Positions 56,542-64,000 of a stretch of 64,000 bases of DNA are shown here, piece after piece. The translations under genes and the position numbers were made by a program. The notes beneath the pieces are model-generated. The model saw only the letters and a program-made list of their open reading frames with translations, was not told where the DNA came from and made no database searches. Numbering within the stretch: the first letter of the stretch is position 1; every line of letters begins with the position of its first letter. This DNA is from an uncultured Gammaproteobacteria bacterium (lineage in GTDB: Bacteria > Patescibacteriota > Microgenomatia > Levybacterales > GWA1-39-11), in contig CAZHDZ010000005.1 in assembly GCA_964531275.1 (NCBI GenBank), forward strand, positions 12,545 through 76,544, written 5' to 3'.

Positions 56542-57462
56542 TTGACAAAAAAACCCTCACGTCGTCCTTGGCTTGCGCTCCTGGTTGCCGTGTTCATCGC
56601 GGCTACTGCAGGTGCAGGCCCGCTGGCAACCGCCAGCGCAGTACCGGTCAGTGACCCTAGGGTCACCCCTGGCTGTAACGGCCAGGATGACTTCGGGTTC
56701 GCATATACGGCGTTCGCGACAGGAGTAATTACCAACAAGGGCACGGCAACGTGCTCGGTATACTTCCTCGCGTACAACACGTACGATTGCGCGCCTATCA
56801 GCCAGTGTGGTAAGGGTCAAGATCTGGTCGGCACTGCCGGCCCCGTGACCCTGAAGCCGGGATCGTCTGTCACGCTAGTCGTGAACGTTCCTAACAGCGT
56901 GTGCAAGCTCCAATTCGATCCCCTCGTGGGATGGTTGGGAGCTCCACTCGGACACCTCGCAGGTGGTGCAGAGTATGGCACTGAAATGCTTGCACAAGGA
57001 GTCGGCATTACTGCTGACAATCCCAACTGCAGGCAGCCAACACCGACCCCGCCACCGCCAACACCTACGCCGGTTCTGACACCGTCGCCGACGGCAACGC
57101 CTACGTTGCCACCGCCGCCGACTCCGACGTCGCCTCCGCCTACCGCGACCCCATCGGCCACGCCGACGGGAACACAGTCGCCCACCGCGACACCATCGGC
57201 TACGCCGACTGGTACGCAGGTACCGCCCACGGCAACGCCTACGTTGCCACCGACCCAGGGTCCAACGACCCCACCGACGGCAACGCCGGTTGTAACTGCT
57301 CCACCGAGTAATGTTCCGAAGCCGCCGAGTGCGGGTACGGGCATGATCGAGTTGATGTCGACCCCTGTTGGGGCTGGCTTCCTACTCATGATGGTGGGTG
57401 CAATTGCCGCTGCGCTTACTATCGGTTTTGGCTTCGGCCAGGGACGTAGGTCCAAGAGGTAG
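56542..57462 (+). CDS. GC-rich secreted Pro/Thr-rich protein with sortase-like C-terminal signal
   Basis: SD AAGGAGGT then TTG at 56542; signal peptide; (TP)n stalk; KPPSAGTG + TM + RRSKR. Confidence 0.75.
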   Translation: MTKKPSRRPWLALLVAVFIAATAGAGPLATASAVPVSDPRVTPGCNGQDDFGFAYTAFATGVITNKGTATCSVYFLAYNTYDCAPISQCGKGQDLVGTAGPVTLKPGSSVTLVVNVPNSVCKLQFDPLVGWLGAPLGHLAGGAEYGTEMLAQGVGITADNPNCRQPTPTPPPPTPTPVLTPSPTATPTLPPPPTPTSPPPTATPSATPTGTQSPTATPSATPTGTQVPPTATPTLPPTQGPTTPPTATPVVTAPPSNVPKPPSAGTGMIELMSTPVGAGFLLMMVGAIAAALTIGFGFGQGRRSKR

Positions 57463-57483
57463 CGTTCATCCAGGCAGATCTTT

Positions 57484-57519
57484 TCCGGCGCCCGTGGCTT
57501 CATAGCTGCGGGTGCCGGA
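57484..57519. terminator. GC-rich hairpin between convergent genes
   Basis: tccggcgcccgtggct-tcat-agctgcgggtgccgga then CCTTTT. Confidence 0.7.
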
Positions 57520-57530
57520 CCTTTTAACAA

Positions 57531-57977
57531 TTAGAAGACTTCAACTCGGGTTCCCATGGGAGCCCAGTCATAGACCCACTTAGCATCTTCAACTCGAAGA
57601 TTAACGCATCCATGGGAAGCACGTGATCCAAATTTATTGTGCCAGTAGGTACCATGAATTGCATATGCGCCTTTGAAGAACATTACATACGGAACATCCT
57701 TTAGAAAATAAGGCTCATACGGTGGGTAGTTACCTTTCATATTTTGCTTTTCGTTCTTGATGTAGATTTTAAAGCTCCCCTTTACGGTTGGGGTGTAACG
57801 CATTCCTGTTGAAACAGTAAATTCCTTCTGTATTCTTCCACCTTCCCACGCGTAAAGTCTTTGCTTTCCTATATCTACAGTAATGAGTTTGTCTGTAGTT
57901 AGAATGTCTGCGGCAAATGAAGATTTAGGGAATAGAAAGAATAGAAAAAGGAGAGTGGCTAATAAAATCTTTCTCAT
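57531..57977 (-). CDS. L,D-transpeptidase (YkuD) family protein
   Basis: VSTG, AIHGTYWH, SHGCVNL. Confidence 0.93.
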   Translation of the reverse strand: MRKILLATLLFLFFLFPKSSFAADILTTDKLITVDIGKQRLYAWEGGRIQKEFTVSTGMRYTPTVKGSFKIYIKNEKQNMKGNYPPYEPYFLKDVPYVMFFKGAYAIHGTYWHNKFGSRASHGCVNLRVEDAKWVYDWAPMGTRVEVF

Positions 57978-58021
57978 ACAATCTACTATACAACATCTTT
58001 ATTTGAATCTATAATATCGGG

Positions 58022-58462
58022 ATGTTAAATGAAGAAGGAATTCCTCCACGTCAAGATCGTTTTATGTCAGTACTTGCTAGGGTAAGTGAAATGCCTGCGT
58101 GCAGTAACTCACTTGAAGCATATGGATTACTTTCGAGGGTTCTTAATAGTGCCGAAGACGAAATTTTTGGAGATCATTGGGAGCCTCCTCGTACTTTTCT
58201 TGATGGAAAAAGAACTCCAAGAATTTACCCAATACACCCTGAAAGCTTTCATCCTGTAGAAGGCTTTTCAGGCGTTACCCTAATGATTGCAAAGAAGGAA
58301 TACGTGATAGTGAGTAGATTTGGTGCAATGGAAGTGCAAACAAAAATTCCTGACGACCTTTATGGAGCTAATTTGCATTTCTCAGAAAGGAATGATCAAG
58401 TTCTCTGGCAAAAAACAGACGCTTACGGTGATGGTGTTTGGCATGATAAAAACAGAACGTAA
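58022..58462 (+). CDS. Hypothetical protein
   Basis: 146-aa ORF, TATAAT 6 nt before ATG. Confidence 0.65.
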   Translation: MLNEEGIPPRQDRFMSVLARVSEMPACSNSLEAYGLLSRVLNSAEDEIFGDHWEPPRTFLDGKRTPRIYPIHPESFHPVEGFSGVTLMIAKKEYVIVSRFGAMEVQTKIPDDLYGANLHFSERNDQVLWQKTDAYGDGVWHDKNRT

Positions 58463-58501
58463 GTGGCAATTGGGTTAAATTAGTGGTATTATTCCCTTCA
58501 A

Positions 58502-59266
58502 ATGAACATTCAAGCAAATCTCCCAAAACTAATTGGCGTTGCGGTTGTTATTATCTTTATAATCGCGATTATCGCTTCATGTATTGCTGTAGTTGAAGCT
58601 GGAAATGTTGGGGTAATTACAAGATTTGGAGCTGTTAATAGAGTTGTGAATCCAGGATTAAATTTTAAACTTCCATTTATTGAGGGTATAACTCTTATGG
58701 AGACTCGTACGCAGAAAGAGCAAGTGGATGCACGAGCCGCATCAAAAGATCTTCAGGAAGTGCAAAGTACTATTGCACTTAATTTTCACTTGAGAGCAGA
58801 AAAAGCAGTCGTTGTGTATCAAAATATTGGGTCATTGTATAAAGAAAGAATTATCGACCCCGCAATCCAAGAGGCTTTTAAGGCTACAACGGCAAAATTT
58901 ACTGCAACAGAGCTTATTACAAAGAGAGAAGCTGTTAAGCAGGAGGCTTTGAAGCATTTAAAGGAAAGACTTAATGTCTTTAATGTAATAGTCGATGATT
59001 TTAATATTGTTAATTTTGATTTTTCATCTGATTTCAACCAATCAATCGAGCAAAAGCAGGTAGCTCAGCAAAATTATGAGCGTGCAAGAATCGAAGCAAC
59101 AACAGCTACGACACAAGCCCAGGGTCAGGCAGATGCACAGAAGATTCTAAGAGACAGTGGAAGTCTTACACCAGAATACTTACAATTTTTAGCTGTTCAG
59201 AAGTGGGACGGAAAATTACCAAGTGCTACCGCAGGAACTCCTTTTATAAATATTCCTACTCGGTAA
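58502..59266 (+). CDS. SPFH / prohibitin family protein
   Basis: GVITRFG, SKDLQ, SIEQKQVAQQ, KWDGKLP. Confidence 0.93.
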   Translation: MNIQANLPKLIGVAVVIIFIIAIIASCIAVVEAGNVGVITRFGAVNRVVNPGLNFKLPFIEGITLMETRTQKEQVDARAASKDLQEVQSTIALNFHLRAEKAVVVYQNIGSLYKERIIDPAIQEAFKATTAKFTATELITKREAVKQEALKHLKERLNVFNVIVDDFNIVNFDFSSDFNQSIEQKQVAQQNYERARIEATTATTQAQGQADAQKILRDSGSLTPEYLQFLAVQKWDGKLPSATAGTPFINIPTR

Positions 59267-59267
59267 C

Positions 59268-59714
59268 TTACATCAGATCAAGAAGTGTTGCTATTGTCTG
59301 TTGAGGAGTAACATTTTCCTTTATCAAAAATCCTTTTGCCCCGTCATAGAGTTTTACCTGTCTTATAGTGTCGATATCACCTTTATCTGAAATTACAAGA
59401 ACGGGCGTAATTTTATACTCAGGAATGGCTCTTATATGATGAAGTAGTTCCTTGCCATCCATTACGGGAAGATTTAGATCTATTAAGATCATAGTTGGCT
59501 GAAAAGTTAGAAGCATATTGAGTGCTTCAGCACCATTTACAGCAGATCCAACCGTATACTTGTCTGTCGGCAAAAGTTGGATGTATTGTGCTTTTAATGC
59601 AGGATCAGCCTCAACAATAAGAATCTTTGGAAGATCAGATGCTATTGGTGTAGGAATTTTTCCTTCTCCTTCTTTGCCAGCTGCAAATATCATTAATTTA
59701 TCAAGTATCCCCAT
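59268..59714 (-). CDS. Single-domain (atypical) response regulator with N-terminal extension
   Basis: VEAD, IDLNLPVMDG, FLIK. Confidence 0.85.
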   Translation of the reverse strand: MGILDKLMIFAAGKEGEGKIPTPIASDLPKILIVEADPALKAQYIQLLPTDKYTVGSAVNGAEALNMLLTFQPTMILIDLNLPVMDGKELLHHIRAIPEYKITPVLVISDKGDIDTIRQVKLYDGAKGFLIKENVTPQQTIATLLDLM

Positions 59715-59778
59715 GCCTTTATCGTAGAGCTAAGGTGGTCTTAATGTCAATTTAAATATGTTACAATTCTTGCAATAG

Positions 59779-60255
59779 ATGGTAGAGTTTTCCCTAGAAC
59801 TCGCAGCTGCCGTAGCTTATGAAGCCCATTTAGGGCAAGTAGATAAAGCCGGTGTAGAATACATCAATCATCCAATGGGAGTTATGGACCTAGTTCAGGG
59901 CCACGACACCAAGCTTCTGGCTATAATTCACGATGTTGTAGAAGATTCTCCTACAACTTTTGAAGATCTTTTAGAAATGGGGTGCCCCACGCATATAATT
60001 GATGCATTAAGACTTGTCACACATGAGCCTGATTTTGATGGGTCACATGCAGCATACTTTAGAAAGATACAAAAAATTGCTGGTTCTGGCAACCAGCTAG
60101 CAATCGATTTAAAATTTGCAGATCTTACCCACAATACAAATGTCACAAGAATAAATGGTAACCCTACAGAAAGAGACTATACCAGGTGGGCAAAGTATGA
60201 AATCTCAAAAGCTATTCTCCGCCCTCTTGTAAGTGGATATCTTCTTGAGATTTAA
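59779..60255 (+). CDS. RelA/SpoT-type HD domain hydrolase (small alarmone hydrolase-like)
   Basis: AHLGQVDK.G.EYINHP, HDVVED, KFADLTHN. Confidence 0.85.
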   Translation: MVEFSLELAAAVAYEAHLGQVDKAGVEYINHPMGVMDLVQGHDTKLLAIIHDVVEDSPTTFEDLLEMGCPTHIIDALRLVTHEPDFDGSHAAYFRKIQKIAGSGNQLAIDLKFADLTHNTNVTRINGNPTERDYTRWAKYEISKAILRPLVSGYLLEI

Positions 60256-60286
60256 TAATTTAAGTTCAAAAGTTTTATATTAAAGT

Positions 60287-60315
60287 TTGAAAAACATCTT
60301 ATAGTATGTTATAAT
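60287..60315 (+). promoter_or_regulatory. sigma70-type promoter with extended -10
   Basis: TTGAAA-17 nt-TATAAT with TG. Confidence 0.65.
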
Positions 60316-60462
60316 TTACAGCTTTTTGAATTCATGCTCAATCCGTGTGATAGAGAAAAGCGTACATTTACAAGGAATCCATACAAGGCTTTCTCATTGG
60401 AGAGATATCGTCTCTGACGAGAAAGCCTTTGTATCCGATACTGACAAAGGTGGAGGAAGTTC

Positions 60463-61011
60463 ATGCCAGAAAAGCGGTGTAGGCTGCTTATTGTGGGATG
60501 CGCTATTATAGCGATCATCCTTGCGACTATTGTCATGCAGGACTCACCTGCGGGGAATGAGAAAGAAGTTGATGTCGAAGACATCTACGCAACCCTCATC
60601 CCAGAACCACCACGCCAACTCACAGGTACGTACTGTGACCAGCTGCGCCAATATGTGCCGCAGGACGAAGCTGAAGCCATGAAATGGGCGGAAGCACTCA
60701 TTCGCGGCAACGCGAAGGGGCGCATCCTCATCATGAGGTTCATCTGCGGCAAAGACGACAAGGCCATTTATGGCTTTGCAATCCATCCCGGAGATGAGAT
60801 TGTAACCCTCATCCCCGCTCGCGGGGAAGTAATGGGTGCAACCGTCGAAATGACACTGCTTGACGGCTACGTCATATCCGGGACTACAACAAGAAGATCT
60901 AAGCCGGGCCAGAAGCCCGTGCCCGAGATTATTCTCGTCGCTGGCGGACCAGGCAAGGTCATCGGTACATCCTACGTTGTCAGCTTTCTGAGCGACGACA
61001 AATATCGGTAA
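60463..61011 (+). CDS. GC-rich membrane-anchored hypothetical protein
   Basis: SD GGAGG; N-terminal TM; visibly higher GC than flanks. Confidence 0.65.
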   Translation: MPEKRCRLLIVGCAIIAIILATIVMQDSPAGNEKEVDVEDIYATLIPEPPRQLTGTYCDQLRQYVPQDEAEAMKWAEALIRGNAKGRILIMRFICGKDDKAIYGFAIHPGDEIVTLIPARGEVMGATVEMTLLDGYVISGTTTRRSKPGQKPVPEIILVAGGPGKVIGTSYVVSFLSDDKYR

Positions 61012-61124
61012 GGATTTCATTGCTGCAAATGGGGTACCCTCAAGGGTGCGGCACTTCGGACTTTCCGAGGAAAACCCCACTTACTAAATTTCATTCACCT
61101 TTTGAATTCTGATACACTGTATAT

Positions 61125-61712
61125 ATGAATAAGTTGAAAATAGCTCTAATAATCCTTTTCCCTATCTTAGCAATAGGGGTGCTAGGGTTTTTCCTATCCT
61201 CTGCATTCAAACAAAAATACAACGATAGAGCAGTGATTGAAAAAATTAGGAATCTAAATCGTTGGGAAACAGCTTCTTATTCAATCGAAAAGATAATTGA
61301 TAAAGGGGAGAGTGGAAATGTCTTTCAAAGAGTTCTTTTTGGGAATAGAATTCTTCTAATTGCTCATGGGGAAGTCGTAGGCGGCTTTGATTTTGCAAAT
61401 CTAACTGAAGATAGTGTAAAAGTTGAAGGTAAATCAATTGTGATCAATTTCCCTCCTCCAGCAATACTTTCAACAAGCCTTAACGAATCCGAAACGCGTG
61501 TATATGATAGACAGCAAGGTCTTCTCGTAGGATCAGATAATAATTTAGAAAGCGATGCCAGAATCGAGGCTGTGAATGCAATACGAGCAGCTGCATGCAG
61601 TGGTGGGATACTTACAACTGCAGGTGAAAACGGACGAAAACAAATAACATCAATATTGACTGCATTTGGATTTGAAAAGATTACTGTCAACATCCCAGGT
61701 GGGAGTTGTTAG
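61125..61712 (+). CDS. DUF4230-like protein
   Basis: TM; ILLIAHGEVVGGFD, GILTTAGEN, FGFEKI. Confidence 0.82.
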   Translation: MNKLKIALIILFPILAIGVLGFFLSSAFKQKYNDRAVIEKIRNLNRWETASYSIEKIIDKGESGNVFQRVLFGNRILLIAHGEVVGGFDFANLTEDSVKVEGKSIVINFPPPAILSTSLNESETRVYDRQQGLLVGSDNNLESDARIEAVNAIRAAACSGGILTTAGENGRKQITSILTAFGFEKITVNIPGGSC

Positions 61713-61715
61713 GGG

Positions 61716-62324
61716 TTAGGCTTCTTTTACGACTTTCTTCTTTGCCTTTGGCTTTTTAACTTCAACTTCTTCAGCCTGAACTTCTTCTAGAGGCATTTCT
61801 TCAGCTTCTACTTCTTCTGTAATAGCCTCAACATTTTTTTCTTTCTTAGGAGACTTTGGAGTAGGAGCGAGTAGCTCTAAAATTTTATCTAACTTTGCGT
61901 TTATATCATTAAGTGCTTGTGAGCTTTGGTTTGTTGTGCTTCTCGGATCTCCGCCTTTTGCCTCAAAACAATTGCTGCAAAGGGTTTCTTTACCTTCTCG
62001 TGGGGCGAATGGCACGCGGCATTTATTTCCACAGTTATCACAGGTAGCATCAAACATCGGTCGATCTTGGGAGCTTCTGCCTCTATCTCCTCTATCTCTT
62101 GAGAAATTGCTTCTTCCTCCATCGCGGGAATCCTGTGGTGAATTTTTCTTAAAACAATCTCTGCAGTAGACAGGTCTACCATTAGAAGGTCTAAATGGAA
62201 TTTCACATGATTTTCCGCAATCTGCGCAAGTCGCCTTGAACATTTCTCGGTCACCACCAAAGCCACCTCTATCATTGTAGCTGGTACGTCCTCTTGAATT
62301 GTTATCTCGTCCGAAATTTCCCAT
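61716..62324 (-). CDS. CxxC-x17-CxxC domain protein
   Basis: Two copies ATCxxCG...PFxP......CxxCF. Confidence 0.9.
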   Translation of the reverse strand: MGNFGRDNNSRGRTSYNDRGGFGGDREMFKATCADCGKSCEIPFRPSNGRPVYCRDCFKKNSPQDSRDGGRSNFSRDRGDRGRSSQDRPMFDATCDNCGNKCRVPFAPREGKETLCSNCFEAKGGDPRSTTNQSSQALNDINAKLDKILELLAPTPKSPKKEKNVEAITEEVEAEEMPLEEVQAEEVEVKKPKAKKKVVKEA

Positions 62325-62344
62325 GAAGCTTATTATAGCAGACT

Positions 62345-63463
62345 CTAGGATGAAATGGGCAGGCGCTTTGTAATTTCATTCAAAAGAGCCTCAATGCCAT
62401 TGCCATTTTTAGCGCTTATGAAGGTTGGTGAGAATTCTTTATACTGTTCTAGTATCTGCTCTTTGTCTGACTTTAAGTCTTCTGATTTATTAAAAACGTA
62501 CATAACGTGTTCTCTTTTTATTTTTAGATCACCAAATATTTGCTCGACTGTAATTATTTTTGATTCCATTTGAGGATCACTACAATCAATCACATGAAGA
62601 ACAACGTCTGCATGGATTGTCTCAAGCAACGTAGACTTAAAAGCATCAATTAGCTCGGGGGGTAAATTTTTAATAAAACCTATGGTGTCGGATATATATA
62701 CTTCACGTTGAGCACTTTTTAGATAAAATTTATTAACAGTGCTATCAAGAGTTGCAAAAAGAGCATTTTTTACTAGGTCATGTTGTCCTGATAAACGATT
62801 AAATAGAGTAGTCTTTCCTGCATTTGTATAGCCAACAAGGGATATTGTAGGCGCTCCCAATTGTCTTCTATGATTAATTTGTCCTAATTTTTGTTTTGAT
62901 AGGACTGCTAATTCCTCTTGGATTTTATGCTTTTCATTTTTCCAATGTCGAAGCATAAGCTCCGTGTTTGTTTCACCGGCACCTTTTGCCCCAATTCCCG
63001 CTGCCTGATTTGAAAGCTCCATGCCCATACCATAAATTCTTGGACCCATTTGTCTTAATTTCGCAAACTTTATTTGCAGTTTTGCTTCCATGGTTGCTGC
63101 ATTCTTTGAGAATATCTCAAGAATCAGACTAACCCTATCCCAAACAACAATATTAGGATTTGCCTTTTGAAAGGCCAACAGAAGTTCATGAATTTGTCCT
63201 GGCTTTATTGCAACATTTATAACTACAACGTCGATTTCTTTTTCTTTTATTACTTCAAGTGCCTCGGTTACTTTTCCATGTCCAATAAATGTGCCAGATG
63301 CGCCGCGTGTTTGATTTTGGACGAGGGCTGCTTCGACCGTTCCTCCATATGTTGTAACAAGACTCTCCACTTCTTCAAAATCTGAATACATTTCTTCTTT
63401 GTCAGCTCTAGGATCGGAAAGCCCTACAAGCATAAAACGAGGGATTTTGTGTGGTATGAACAT
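62345..63463 (-). CDS. hflX: GTPase HflX
   Basis: GAGET, GYTNAGKTT, LFATLD, DTIGFI, AFKSTL. Confidence 0.95.
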   Translation of the reverse strand: MFIPHKIPRFMLVGLSDPRADKEEMYSDFEEVESLVTTYGGTVEAALVQNQTRGASGTFIGHGKVTEALEVIKEKEIDVVVINVAIKPGQIHELLLAFQKANPNIVVWDRVSLILEIFSKNAATMEAKLQIKFAKLRQMGPRIYGMGMELSNQAAGIGAKGAGETNTELMLRHWKNEKHKIQEELAVLSKQKLGQINHRRQLGAPTISLVGYTNAGKTTLFNRLSGQHDLVKNALFATLDSTVNKFYLKSAQREVYISDTIGFIKNLPPELIDAFKSTLLETIHADVVLHVIDCSDPQMESKIITVEQIFGDLKIKREHVMYVFNKSEDLKSDKEQILEQYKEFSPTFISAKNGNGIEALLNEITKRLPISS

Positions 63464-63464
63464 G

Positions 63465-64000
63465 TTATTTATTATACTCGTATAAATAAATCTTATCTTT
63501 GCACTTTGAGTATTTCCAATTAGGAAACGTATAAAAATTGGAAAGCACACGAGCTCCATTTTTAAGTTCTTTGAGTAATTTCTTTTCCAAAGGTGCCATT
63601 ATGTCAGGCATAGGATATATCACGATAACATCATAGTGCGAAAGATCTGCATCCCAGAAATCCTCATTCTTGATGGATATTTTTTTCTCAAGTTTTTCTT
63701 TTACTATTTCTTGTTGTGAGATTCCAAGAAGTTTTTCATCTAACTCGTAGCCTGTGACATGTGCGCCTATTTTGCCAAAGGCAATTGAGATTCGACCATC
63801 TCCAGATCCAAGATCTGCTACTAATTCATTTTCAGAAATTCCAGAAAGCGCGACCATAGCGGCAACTCTATATCGCGATGTCTTAAAGTAGGGGATGCGT
63901 GGGATTTGTATTGTTATGACATTATAGCAGCCTATCTTAAAGCCATGAGCATTACTTATGAATGATATACTTATTGTTCTTGATGACATCAATAACAACT
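63465..64000 (-). CDS. Class I SAM-dependent methyltransferase, start may lie outside the window
   Basis: IPYFKT, DLGSGDGRI, GYELD, GARVLSN. Confidence 0.88.
   Translation of the reverse strand, partial: LLLMSSRTISISFISNAHGFKIGCYNVITIQIPRIPYFKTSRYRVAAMVALSGISENELVADLGSGDGRISIAFGKIGAHVTGYELDEKLLGISQQEIVKEKLEKKISIKNEDFWDADLSHYDVIVIYPMPDIMAPLEKKLLKELKNGARVLSNFYTFPNWKYSKCKDKIYLYEYNK

Noticed and set aside
56817-57530. 237-aa minus-strand Gly/Val-rich ORF
   Set aside because: Antisense shadow of the Pro/Thr-rich gene, which has SD, signal peptide and anchor
58022-60255. Toxin-antitoxin or prophage module
   Set aside because: No recognisable toxin, alarmone synthetase, integrase or phage structural gene
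60544-61080. 178-aa minus-strand ORF
   Set aside because: Shadow in GC-rich DNA; the plus-strand ORF has promoter, SD and TM

Overview
AT-rich bacterial chromosome segment. Gene content (short EF-Ts, no pyrH in the rpsB-tsf-frr cluster, CxxC-x17-CxxC protein, many Thr/Pro-linker membrane-anchored proteins, widespread apparently leaderless genes) points to a Patescibacteria/CPR genome, probably Microgenomates; this is inference. It holds a cell-surface cluster with cohesin-, dockerin-, PKD-, vWA-like and Cys-rich proteins (1-10.4 kb), a translation cluster (rpsB, tsf, rseP, frr, recR), scattered and often degenerate orphan metabolic enzymes (glyA, purB, purN/purE, fabD-, glpX-, hisC-like), Mg transporters, a GH15-ROK fusion, two-component genes and hflX. 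No tRNA, rRNA, CRISPR array, integrase or transposase was seen. The main hidden signal is non-coding. (i) A four-helix-bundle gene is bracketed by inverted heptamer arms, and the same arms occur empty between rpsB/tsf and frr/recR, with a second heptamer type entering coding sequence. (ii) Chains of GTAG/GAAG-led hairpins with GNA triloops share a 15-mer between distant loci. (iii) A dispersed ~120-nt long-hairpin family lies just downstream of + strand genes. (iv) Two GC-rich genes carry their own boxA-like motif, hairpin and SD leader. All family assignments come from motif recognition by eye, not database searches.
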